Virus record (IMG/VR): IMGVR_UViG_3300037567_000279
Location: 1-39,761 of that record
Source: a virus
Taxonomy: Duplodnaviria > Caudoviricetes
DNA: 39,761 nt
Direction: 5' to 3' (one strand)
Part shown: in pieces, positions 9,979-20,900 of the stretch
How the letters are laid out: every line of letters begins with the position of its first letter
Numbering within the stretch: the stretch's first letter is position 1
Notes under the pieces: generated by a model
Told to the model about the DNA's origin: nothing
The model's input: the letters and a program-made list of their open reading frames with translations, nothing else
Databases searched by the model: none
Made by a program: the position numbers and the translations under genes

Positions 9979-11826
9979 TTATTCTGGTTCAGTTCTGACC
10001 AGGTTGTTGTATTCTTGTGTAACGAATACACCATTAGCACCACTGGTACCACCAGCAATGGTATCTGATGTTGTGAACTTATAAGTATTGCCATTATTAA
10101 CAATACCAGTCACTGTCAAATACTTATAACCAAATGCATCAGCAGTGCTGTCATATGTTTCGACAGTTGCTGTGATACCAGTGGTGCTACCAGTTACGAT
10201 CTCACCAACTTGGAAGTTAGTGGCAATAGTATCTTTTAGTTTTAATATAGTTCTGGATGTATGATCAACACCATCACCCAAAGCACCAGCCACAGAAATG
10301 GTAGATGTCAAAGGTACTAGATTTGAATCATAGATTTGATCACCCTGTTGGAACAGAGTTGTGTTCTGTCCACCAATAGTTTCTTCAATACCATACAGAG
10401 ATACTGCAATACCACCATCTAGACTGATAGCATCTTCATAGTCTGTATCTGTATTTACCAGATCTATGATACCGTCACCAGCACCATCAACTTCATCATT
10501 ATCTTCAAATCTAAATCCTACCAGAGCACCGATAGGATCTGTAAATGTAACAATAGAACCTTCATCATCATCTAAAAGTACATGAGGTTCTACACCAGTC
10601 CCTGAGGATGCTGCCGATCCAGCAATAAACTGAATAACAGCGGTATTCTCATTAGACCTACCGCCATCAATAAACGCAAGTTCATCGACTTGGAATGTCA
10701 GGAATAACTCCCTAGTAGTAGGAAGCCAGTCATATACAATAGCAACTTTATTACTCTTATCTTCTTCTACTCTTCTGATTCTATCCGAAACTGTGAAACT
10801 ATATCCAGAGACTCCTGTGCTTGGATCCGTTGCTAGATTATCCAGAATCACACGCTGGTCATAACGGAAGTTAATACCTCTGTCACAACCAGTAAATGAA
10901 ATTCCAGTTTTACCTGTATATCTAATAATCTCTCTACCAATCTGGAACTTACCAGATCCAGGGAATGCATTTGTAGTCTCTACATATATCGTACTATCAG
11001 CAGCAGTTGCATTTCTAATCAATGCAGTCATGTTATAGAAGTCTGATACGAGAGACGTTCTATTACGTTGCTTTCTGATTAGATTTGTATCGCGAGTAAA
11101 GATGACCGAAGGTGCTGAGGTATAACCACCACCAGGATTTAGTAAATTGATAGCGGAGATTCTACCAAGATTAATTTCCGCTTCTGCTGTTGCACCAGAT
11201 CCACCACCACCAATCAATTGGAGGATAGGAGGTGTCTCAAAGAACTCACCTTCTGTGGTTACATTGACATTTTCTACAACACCAAACTGATTAACTTCGG
11301 CAACTCCACTAGCACCAGATCCACCACCACCAGAAATAACAACAGTAATATCTTGTGCTGTATAGTTCCTACCATTGTTTTCAACAGATAGTCCAGTCAC
11401 ACCACCAGTTACGGGGACTAGTTCTGCACCCGATCCACCACCACCTCTGAGATATGCTTCTGCTGAGTAGTACCCATCACCAGGTTGATTGACTTGTAAG
11501 AAACTTACAGACCCATCTTCATTCAAATATATGTTTGCATCTGCCCCAACAATGCCAGCATCTGTGCTCACAATATCCAAACGTAAAGGATCATACCCTT
11601 CACCTGGATCTAACACATCAACTGATAGTAGTTCGCCGTTGTCACCAATATTTGCTTTAAGAACAGCGTCCCTAATAGGAGTACCACAGTTCCCAACAGA
11701 TAATCTAGGTGGGTCAGCAGGATCATACCCACTACCCACGTTAGTTACGATAACGTCTTTAACACCATATACGCTATTAAAGACGGGTTCAATTGTTGCG
11801 CCACTTCCTGGAACTGTTCTTGTCAT
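9979..11826 (-). CDS. Virion structural protein with gp7-like Gly-rich beta repeats
   Basis: 615 aa. Repeats of V....G.GY...P.....GGGGSGA.A.A and F..GE...G.TSGA.. modules, the same repeat types as in gp7. TAATG overlap with the upstream gene. Confidence 0.8.
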   Translation of the reverse strand: MTRTVPGSGATIEPVFNSVYGVKDVIVTNVGSGYDPADPPRLSVGNCGTPIRDAVLKANIGDNGELLSVDVLDPGEGYDPLRLDIVSTDAGIVGADANIYLNEDGSVSFLQVNQPGDGYYSAEAYLRGGGGSGAELVPVTGGVTGLSVENNGRNYTAQDITVVISGGGGSGASGVAEVNQFGVVENVNVTTEGEFFETPPILQLIGGGGSGATAEAEINLGRISAINLLNPGGGYTSAPSVIFTRDTNLIRKQRNRTSLVSDFYNMTALIRNATAADSTIYVETTNAFPGSGKFQIGREIIRYTGKTGISFTGCDRGINFRYDQRVILDNLATDPSTGVSGYSFTVSDRIRRVEEDKSNKVAIVYDWLPTTRELFLTFQVDELAFIDGGRSNENTAVIQFIAGSAASSGTGVEPHVLLDDDEGSIVTFTDPIGALVGFRFEDNDEVDGAGDGIIDLVNTDTDYEDAISLDGGIAVSLYGIEETIGGQNTTLFQQGDQIYDSNLVPLTSTISVAGALGDGVDHTSRTILKLKDTIATNFQVGEIVTGSTTGITATVETYDSTADAFGYKYLTVTGIVNNGNTYKFTTSDTIAGGTSGANGVFVTQEYNNLVRTEPE

Positions 11827-13307
11827 TAGACGACTACGATGTTACCAACCATGTTGCTGTGAATATTGCACTGGTACACATAAGTTGTGCCAGCAGCAAG
11901 ACTCATTGGAACTGTCCAATATTGGATACTATTAATAGATCCAGATGTTCCACCGATCTGAGAACCACCGTTAGATACTCTAATCTCTAACGGATGACTA
12001 GCACCAGTTGTGTTGTCAAATCTGTAAGTAAATCCACGATACACATAGATAGTGGCATCAGTGGCACCATCTATACCAGGTCCATTGACGGTATAGTTAT
12101 TACTGTCAGAAGCACTAAATGCAAAGTTAAGAGTAGGAGATGCTACTGCTTCATAGTTAGATGTGCCATAGATCAATGATTGACCTTCGTTTGCACTAGG
12201 CAGTGCTACTGTGTTGGTAATCGTTACTGTCGAACCAGATACAGCAGTAGAGATTCCAGTGCCACCAGCGATGGTAATAGACGAATCAGCAGCATCGGCG
12301 GTATATGTACCAGTATCACCCGCAACCCCTTTCAGAGCGTCCTGGACGACGTTAGGAGCGTCATTAGTGAATGTAATTGCACCAGCATTCAAGTTAGTAG
12401 TAATTCCACTACCGCCTGTGAATGTCAGTAAGTCAGTAACTACCGTGGCACTAACAGTTCCGTTATCAGCACCGAATGTTGTGAATACATTCTGGTTGAG
12501 GTCACCTAATGTGCCTGTCATGTTAACAGTCAGTGTATCACCAACCAAAGTCGTGGAGATATTGGTACCACCAGCGATAATTAAAGTATCATTAGCAGCA
12601 GAAGCAGTTGTAGATCCAGTATCAGCATCAACAGTTTCAAACAAGTTCTGAGTTGATCCGCCAGAACCACCAGTACCCTGCTCATCGTTAGCAGGTTCCC
12701 AAGCACTGTTAGAATCATTCCATTTCAGGACTTGTCCATCAGAGGGACCACCATTAACAGTAGTATCAACGTCGGCAAGAACGGTAATACTTTGGTTCTC
12801 GTCTACAAGGGGGATCCAAGCAGCAGCATGGGCAAAGTATCCCTTGCCAGTACCATGAACGTGAGCAAACATACCGTGATGATTAGACGCATCAGGAAGA
12901 TCACCCAAAGTAGCGTAAGGAGCATACCATTTAAAATAACCATCATCACCATCAATGTAAGTGTAAGCGGATCCCGATCCACCACCCCAGAACTGAATAT
13001 CACCCGTTCCAGTATGTTTTAAGATAATATTATCAGTACCATCGGTTACAATATCAAAACCGTTGGTATCTAGATTGCCAGTTAATGTGTCAAAGTTGCC
13101 AGCACGAAATGCACCGCTAGGTGATGAACTCCATTTAAGCACTTGGCCATCATTAGCAGCACTGATATCTAGTTGGATATCCGTAGCGTTGCCAAGTTTG
13201 TCATAAAGTTCGTCAAAGTTGGCATTATATTTAATAGCACCGTCTCTTAGGGTATCACCTGTACCATCATTTGCCGAAGATCCAATACCGACTAGCTGTT
13301 TTGCCAT
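11826..13307 (-). CDS. Baseplate-attached fibre with a T4 gp9/gp10-type N-terminus and a C-terminal cupredoxin-like domain
   Basis: 493 aa. MAKQLVGIGSSANDGTGDTLRDGAIKYNANFDELY matches the gp9/gp10 N-terminal motif; two DGQVLKW motifs; three ~48-aa repeats; C-terminal HPL...YQCNIHSNMVG. Confidence 0.8.
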   Translation of the reverse strand: MAKQLVGIGSSANDGTGDTLRDGAIKYNANFDELYDKLGNATDIQLDISAANDGQVLKWSSSPSGAFRAGNFDTLTGNLDTNGFDIVTDGTDNIILKHTGTGDIQFWGGGSGSAYTYIDGDDGYFKWYAPYATLGDLPDASNHHGMFAHVHGTGKGYFAHAAAWIPLVDENQSITVLADVDTTVNGGPSDGQVLKWNDSNSAWEPANDEQGTGGSGGSTQNLFETVDADTGSTTASAANDTLIIAGGTNISTTLVGDTLTVNMTGTLGDLNQNVFTTFGADNGTVSATVVTDLLTFTGGSGITTNLNAGAITFTNDAPNVVQDALKGVAGDTGTYTADAADSSITIAGGTGISTAVSGSTVTITNTVALPSANEGQSLIYGTSNYEAVASPTLNFAFSASDSNNYTVNGPGIDGATDATIYVYRGFTYRFDNTTGASHPLEIRVSNGGSQIGGTSGSINSIQYWTVPMSLAAGTTYVYQCNIHSNMVGNIVVV

Positions 13308-13329
13308 GATCGTTCTTTTTTTACAATTC

Positions 13330-13337
13330 TATTTATG
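13330..13337 (-). promoter_or_regulatory. Probable late promoter CATAAATA overlapping the stop codon of the YHYH gene
   Basis: Plus-strand tatttatg, about 23 nt upstream of the ATG at 13307. Confidence 0.65.
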
Positions 13338-14937
13338 TTGCGTCGAAGGAGATGCTGGTAGTGCTGAACTTACTATCCGTAGATGAGAAGTCAGTATCAC
13401 CTTGACCATCACCGAAACCAGTCACAGTCAGAGTTGCAACGTCTGACGTTAGAGGTGAGTTTTGTGCAGGGGTCACACCTAGACCCAAAGGACCACGTAC
13501 TTCACATCTGAATTTATATCCAGACATGTAGTTCAATGCTGTAAATGTGTAGGATGCATTAGTTGCACCAGTCAACACAGCGAACGAGAATCCACCATCA
13601 GTAGATCTAAACCACTGATATGCCTTAGGTCCATCTTCTGGACTGATGGCAGCAGTGATCGAGAATGTGACAGTCTGATTGACATTATGAGTTGCATTTG
13701 CAGGTTGCAAAGCAATTTGAATGACAGCAGGAGGTGCCTCAGTATCACCACCAGAAGGAGGTGCAGGAGGTGTTGCAGCGCCATTGTTTGGTGGTTGATC
13801 TAGAATTTCACGAGAAGTTAGACCCATAAGATATGGGAATACTGGTTGTAAATTGTTTTCACTATCTATCTCAGTAGATAAAAAATATGCATATGTACCA
13901 CCCTGAAACTCAGGAGTGATGCAAAATCTACCATTATGTCTATCTAAATTACCTAAACCTTCTGCATATTCCCAATCTTCCATTAAAGATCCAGCAGGTG
14001 GATTCTGTTGGGAGTCTCCATATATTGGTCTACCATCCACTTCTTCGGATCTAACCCGATAGGAACTGGTAGCAGTTGTAACGTTAGAATTACTATTCCA
14101 ACTACTACTATAAAGGTATGGACCATAGATAGGAAATCCATCAAATCCATATCCTAAGATTTTAGAATGTCCATCTGGATGTCTTAGGTTGTCACCATTG
14201 TACTGAGAAGAACCATAGTAGTCATTATAAGATGCCATGGCAGCACCATTCTTCCAGCACTCCAAAAATTCAGTATCATGATAGTGATACTGTCCTGTAT
14301 TTTCTGGATGTCCACCACACGCATCTTCACCAAATGTTACTGGTGAACTTGGAAAGTGAGCATTCCAACTAAAATTGATAGGTGGGTTTCCCCCAGAACC
14401 AGCAGAAGGATTGTAGAAAACTACTCCATTAGCGGCAATACCAATGGCACCTAAGGGTGTATTTACCCTGCCATTTCTTTGATCATAATAAGTATATGTA
14501 CCTGAACGACCAGATGATGTATATTCCATGACCAGTTGTAAATTCTGATCAGTCTGTCTCCAAAATTCCCCAGGGATTGCAGTTTGTTCTGTCCCTCTAT
14601 ATGTAAATACTAACTTCTCTTCTTGTGCAGTATCTTCATCAAATACAAAAAGAATTCTATCACCAACCTGAATCTGATTGCCTAATAAAGTGTTATCAGC
14701 AACTGACAATGCAACACTGATAAAAAATCCTTCGTGGGCATAGACATTGGAATCCAATGTTCTAGTTACACCAAAAGTACCACCTCTATAATAGAAGTCA
14801 TGATCAAATGCTTGCTCAGTGACGCTATTTGGATTATCTACATTAGGAAACGTACCGTATGCTACGGGGGATGGTAGTCCATCCGCATCTACGGTAAGTA
14901 TCTTAGTGCCAGCGTTAAATTCAGCGGTTGCCGTCAT
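13333..14937 (-). CDS. YHYH-domain protein with a C-terminal Ig-like domain
   Basis: 534 aa. TPLGAIGIAANGVVFYNP, DACGGHP..GQYHYH, GHSKILGY.FDGFPIYGPY and LDRHNGRFC.TPEF..GTYAYF motifs; Pro-rich linker; QP.N.T...VTF...YQWFRS...YKFRCEV...ATLTV Ig-like domain. Confidence 0.88.
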   Translation of the reverse strand: MTATAEFNAGTKILTVDADGLPSPVAYGTFPNVDNPNSVTEQAFDHDFYYRGGTFGVTRTLDSNVYAHEGFFISVALSVADNTLLGNQIQVGDRILFVFDEDTAQEEKLVFTYRGTEQTAIPGEFWRQTDQNLQLVMEYTSSGRSGTYTYYDQRNGRVNTPLGAIGIAANGVVFYNPSAGSGGNPPINFSWNAHFPSSPVTFGEDACGGHPENTGQYHYHDTEFLECWKNGAAMASYNDYYGSSQYNGDNLRHPDGHSKILGYGFDGFPIYGPYLYSSSWNSNSNVTTATSSYRVRSEEVDGRPIYGDSQQNPPAGSLMEDWEYAEGLGNLDRHNGRFCITPEFQGGTYAYFLSTEIDSENNLQPVFPYLMGLTSREILDQPPNNGAATPPAPPSGGDTEAPPAVIQIALQPANATHNVNQTVTFSITAAISPEDGPKAYQWFRSTDGGFSFAVLTGATNASYTFTALNYMSGYKFRCEVRGPLGLGVTPAQNSPLTSDVATLTVTGFGDGQGDTDFSSTDSKFSTTSISFDAT

Positions 14938-14950
14938 TGTGCTTTTTATC

Positions 14951-14958
14951 TATTTATT
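14951..14958 (-). promoter_or_regulatory. Probable late promoter AATAAATA overlapping the gp7 stop codon
   Basis: Plus-strand tatttatt, 14 nt upstream of the ATG at 14937. Confidence 0.6.
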
Positions 14959-17900
14959 GAAAAATCTGAGTCGGGTTGAAGTTGTTAACAACAGTAGCAC
15001 CAGTCTGTACTGTGAGGATCACAGAGTTGGAATAGATTGGTGTAGCACCAGCAGCAGTAACTGCAACACGGAACTCATCACCATCATCCGCTTGTTCGGC
15101 GGTCAATGATGTGTATGTAGCACTGGTAGAACCAGTGATGTTTGACCAGTTGGTTTCGCCATACTGCTTACGCTGCCACTGATAGTTCAGAGCAGTAGTT
15201 CCAATTTGATTGTCAGAACTGTTGATGAACTGAGCAACGATAGTGAATTGTGCAGTTTGACCTTGGTTTACTGTCACGTTTACAGGTTGTGCCGAAACGT
15301 TAACATAACCAGGAATGATGACGATCGGGTTGCCCTGAGCGTCAGTACCTTCGCCAGCATATGTGTCGAAACCTTGGTTAACAGCAGGTCCACTAGGAGA
15401 AACAAAGTCATCATCAACGGTAGTCTGAACCTCAACAATTGGTTGTTGATAGTCAATACCAGCAGTCTTAACATCAATTCTTAACAGACCCATTAGGGCA
15501 CGAACACGACCATCAAAACCAGTGGAGGAAACCACATCCACGTTCGGGCGCGAAGAGTAACCATCACCAGGTGAGGTGATGATTGCCTTAGTGATTTCAC
15601 CAGTCTTGATTGATGCAAGAGCAGTGGCACCACGACCTTTAACTGTGCCTGTGTACTCAAAGGTGATCAGTGAGTTGGAAGACTCAATCAGAGCAACTTC
15701 ACGTTCATCTGCTTCACCTTCGATTTGTAGAACATCACCTGCTTCAATCGGTGGAACAACTGTTGCTGCGATAACGTCAGCATCAGATCCAATGTAGGAG
15801 AAGGCAACGAATGTAGATCCTGCACGAGGAATCTCAGCGAAGATGATTCTAGAACCAACCAATTCATAACCAATACCTGCTTCCTGAATAACACCATTGA
15901 GTGAGACGATGATGTTGTTTTCGGGAAGGATCGTGTTAGACGAAACACCCTCAGTCAGTGTCAGTGAGTAGAATCCACCCTGATATTTCAGGTTGAAGGA
16001 CGAGCGTAAGGAGTCAAACTCGAATGAGATATCATCCAGTTGTCTCAGTTTACCCACGTAGTAACCAATGAATTCGGATCCAATGGTAGGTGGTTCAGTG
16101 AACGTGATCTGGTCGGAGAATGCCGTGTACGCGAAGTTAGCACCAGGGGGTTGCATAACACCATTAACAAAGACGAGCAGATGTCCAGCGGGATCTGGGA
16201 AGTATGCTTCACCATTACTAACCGTCAGTTTGAAGGTGTCAGCAGCGCCATCAAATCCACGGAAGAATCTATCGCAGCGACCCAAGAGATTCTTCGCTTG
16301 GGTGACACCAGCAGACCAACCATAGTCGGATTTGATTGTCAAGTTTGATGGGAAAGCGCCATTGACATCTTCCAACCATAGGCGACCTGTATCACCACTA
16401 ATTGACTTACCAGAAACCTTACCGTAGGACGTGTAATTAGTCTCGGTAACATTACTAATATCACAGGAGATGATTGGGAAGTTATTGAGGTTCTCAAATC
16501 TACCTAAACCACCTGTCAAAAGTTCCTGAGGATCTGTGGTTGTAGTGCCATCAGCAGCAGCACCAAATGGTGTTAAGTTTGCGATCCAGATCTTATGCTG
16601 AACGCCTTCCTCGTACAAATAATCTGTAACCAGAGCGGTCCAACCAGGAACCTTAGGTACACCACCTGAAAGGAGATAAACAACATCACCTCTCTTGAAG
16701 TCGCCCTCGAATCCTTGATCTCTCAGGATACTGTTGACATCACACTCGATCGTCTTAACCGCGTGTACGAACTGATTAAGTTCAATGTCTCTAAACCCTT
16801 CTTTACTGATCTTACCAATGTCAAGGATCTTGTCAGTGATAGAACCGTAAATGATGTCTCCATCAGTGAAGTCCTCTTGTAGAGTTTCAATGTCGATCGT
16901 GATACGACCACCACTGTTACCAGTCAAGATACCAGCAGAATTTTCGTAGGAAACGATAGTTGCCTCAGCACCATTACCTTTATTAAAGATAATCTCACCG
17001 TTAGCAAATTCACCGCGATCAGTATTGATCAACATGCGAGATGTGCCATTGTTACTGAGTTCTGCTGTGATACCACTGTCTACACCCTCAATCACCTGAG
17101 TGCTGCTAAGCGTACCCGTGATATTTTCGATGTACACCCAACCTTCATCCTCATTATCGCCCGTGAGGACTGAGGGTTGCATAACGATACCGTTGTTGGC
17201 AGCAGCACCTTGAACTTGTACTTGCTCACCAACTGTGAACCTACCAGTGGCAAGTCTGATGGTGTATCTGTAATATAGTTTGATGATATCAGCAGAGTTA
17301 TTTTTGTTCCTAACAATCTCAGAACTTGCAGTAGATGTAGTACCCACAACCACGTCTGCGAGGTTGAAACCACCAGTGATGGGGTTGTCAATATCTCTTG
17401 TGCCATATGTAGTTGTTTGACGTACAAGACCAGATCTTACAGGACTTTGCAGTTGTTGCTGTCCCGAAGTTCTTGTGTCAACTGCGAAGCGAGAGAATCT
17501 TGCATCATGTCTAATTTCCCTCGTGATCTCAAATTGCGTTGGCGTTGCATTGAGAACATAGAAGTAATCTTGATTAGCGAAGGCAGATTCAACATCACCT
17601 GATGCAATTGCATATTGTAGAATGTCACCGCGTGAGTAGAAGTTAGGACGTTGAATAATAATTCTATTCTCTCTTCTCTCAAACCCAACCTCAACGGTAG
17701 GTGTGTTGATGATCAGATCAGGATCAGTGTTCCAATCATTACCTTCATTATAATGATTTTGCTGATTAGTACCATGAACATTATTAGTCCACTGCACGGT
17801 ATTTTGTGCAGGAGGTGTGCCTCTGCTGATAGCAAAGTATGCAGCATTGAGGGAACTATCAATCTTAAACTGACTGGATTCTTTCTCATATTCAAATCTA

Positions 17901-20900
17901 TGCTCGATAGCGCCAGTATTGATATGAGTCTCATCTAAGTAGATGTCATATCCATACCACTCACCACCAACTAAGTTATCGTTGTAGTCATCAAGAATAC
18001 GCTTGGCATACTCACTGATACGAGTTACATACCAGAGAAGATGCTGCTTAGTGACATTAGGGAATGCGATGAAGTTACCCTCACCATCAAACCAGGTATT
18101 AACTAGTCTCAGGATTCCGATGTTACCACCAGTGTTCAAGTCATACAGCAGACCTTCAAGCAATGCATCACCAAACGATTGTTCGGCAATAGTTGCTGGA
18201 TATGCCGTTTGAACCTCTGAGAATGCTTTCAGGGAAACAGCGTGCTTGTTCCACAAGATGCGACGTGCAACTGTTTTATCAGAGTTACTACCACCACCAA
18301 GTGTCTCATCCATTAACTCGAAGAGAGTATCAGTTGCTGAGGTGACGTTGTAGCATGTGTAATACTGATAGTTTGTGTTGCTATTATATCCAGTGTTACG
18401 AGCAACTCCACCAAGATGACTAGCATTACCAGCATATGCTGTGCTGATTGTATCGATAACGATATCAAACAAAGTCTCAATGTTTGTTGCCTGAGTAGCA
18501 CAAACTTGATTCCAATCTGGACCATCATACGTAATTGAAACATCACGTCGGACATATTCAGGAGAATACTTGACAGGCCAGATGAATGGCAGAGTCTTAG
18601 TGATCGTACCGTCTCCGATACTTGCAGGTGTGGTGATTGTGTCAGTAACAATCGTCATCATAGTATTGATTGCCGAAGCAACGTCAGCACACTTAGGTGA
18701 GTCAGTATCTACTGTGATCGCATAACCACCCTCGCTATAAGGGAAGTAATCTAGATCTGTGTATGTCTTCTGAGTGAATCCATGACCAGCAGTAATCGTG
18801 ATTGTCTCATCCCTCATTGACTGAATTGCAAGATCTCTTGCTTTGTTCAGAATCCAGATAGACTCAGTAGAAACACCTACGATATGTTGTAGGTTACTGC
18901 CCGAAACATATAGTTCAGCAGACTTAAAGACCTTATTATTACCACCATGCTTCAAGTTCCACACCATGGAGGAGAGAACGTCAGTCACGTCATGTACACA
19001 GTCGATACTACCGTTAGTCACCACAGCGTCCTGCTGAGCAGATACGAATGTGTGTGCAAACTGATACTCAGCAGCAGCAACGCCAACGTTCACGGTGAAG
19101 GTGTCAGTTGTAACAGCACTAATGGCTAATGATGTATTATACGCAGGATCAGCAGATCTTGGATAAGAATGTTCAGTAGCGTTATTATTTTGAGTACATG
19201 TAAATACAATGCTATTAGGTTTAATTGAGACTCTATTAGCAGTAGTTAATGTGTGTCCAGCAACCGTCAGAGTCATGTCACCAGTTGCCTGGTTGTATGT
19301 TGCAGTAGTTGGAGTCAACTTAACACCACCAGTACCGACGCCATTGATACTTAATGAAGGATACTGAGCGAGACCTTGTGCAACTGCTTCCTCGGCAATC
19401 AGACGAATGTTTCTATCAATTACATTTGCTGCATCGATGAAACGGTCATCAGCGCCATTTCTTTCATAAGTGCTGACATCAACAGAATCAAGAGAAGAAC
19501 CACCACTGATTGGTTCACCAGTTACGGGGTCAACACCACCATCTTCTTGGTATAGGTACAAGTTCTCGCGCCCGAAACCATTACGCATCGTTAGGATGCA
19601 GATCTCAGCAGCAATCTTGTATACATCAAGTGAAGCGTCAACTTCACTTTCGATGTGCTTCAAACTGTCATCTTCTTCGTTCAGGTAGAGTGCAGCAGCG
19701 TCCCAAGTCTTAGAGTTGCCACCAAATCTCAGGTCATGAATCACAGCATCGAGAACGTCAATCACGTCATCAATACAATTTTGAGCACCACCAACAACAG
19801 CAAGATCCAAATACTTGGACATATCGTTCATCGTATAAACCGCTTCTTTTGCGATTACGTGCTTATTCGCTTCGAGTAGATCAGCAGTGTCAAGATTCTT
19901 GTTAGAATCAGAACTACTACCGTCATATCCCTTAGTATCGATGGTCAGAGTATCATCTTTATATACTGCAACATCAGTCCATTGTGCAATATAGTAATCA
20001 TCTTGATATTCAAATGAGACACTGAATTCAGCAGCAGTCGTACCCTTACTTAGGAGAGTGTTATTAACTGCATGATGCACCAAGGTTTTGATAAAGGCGA
20101 ATGCATCCAACATTGGACCAAGTTCATTCTCAATGTGAATGATCTGATCGTTAACATTAATATACTGATCAATAACATATTGGGTAGCAGAGTTACCACC
20201 AGTGATCAAGTCAGTGATAACAGCAGGCAGAATGTGTTGCTTGATATCACGCTCACAGTATGCATCACCATAACCAGGCATTGTCAGGAAATCGTAAGTA
20301 GTACCATTGATTTCCTTAATGTAGTTTGCCTGTAAGTAACCAACAGTTTCTTCTGCAATGTAAGTACGGTTCTTCCAGATCATATCGCCTGCATCACGGA
20401 ATCTGTCACCAGTAGGTCCGATGATATCTGCAATAGTATTAGCAAGAGCAGTGATCTCGTTAGTTACTGTGCTAGATGCAGGTGATGTAAAGTTGTTAGG
20501 AATGCGAAGAAGTTCAGTATACTTAACGGAGTTGTAGTTTTCAAGATCACCACTAGTAGTAGTAATTACATAATTAATAACATTAGCAAGTTCTGTCCAG
20601 GTGAAGATAGATTGTAGGAGTTCATTACCCACATAGTTAAGACCACCTTCCTTAGTTAGATAACCTCTACCAGCGACGACGCTGTTAAAGTTACCGCCAT
20701 ACTTGATATCTTCTACGATTGCTTTTAAGATGTATTCTTTGGTGTCACGCAAGCACTTGTTAGTACCTTGCTGTGTTCCAACACCATCAACACTATCACC
20801 AGGTATGAGGAAGTCAGAATACTTCTCCTTCATCAAACCAACAGCAACCTGAGCAATCCAATCGTAGTTCAACTCGATCAATTCAGCACACTTACGATGC

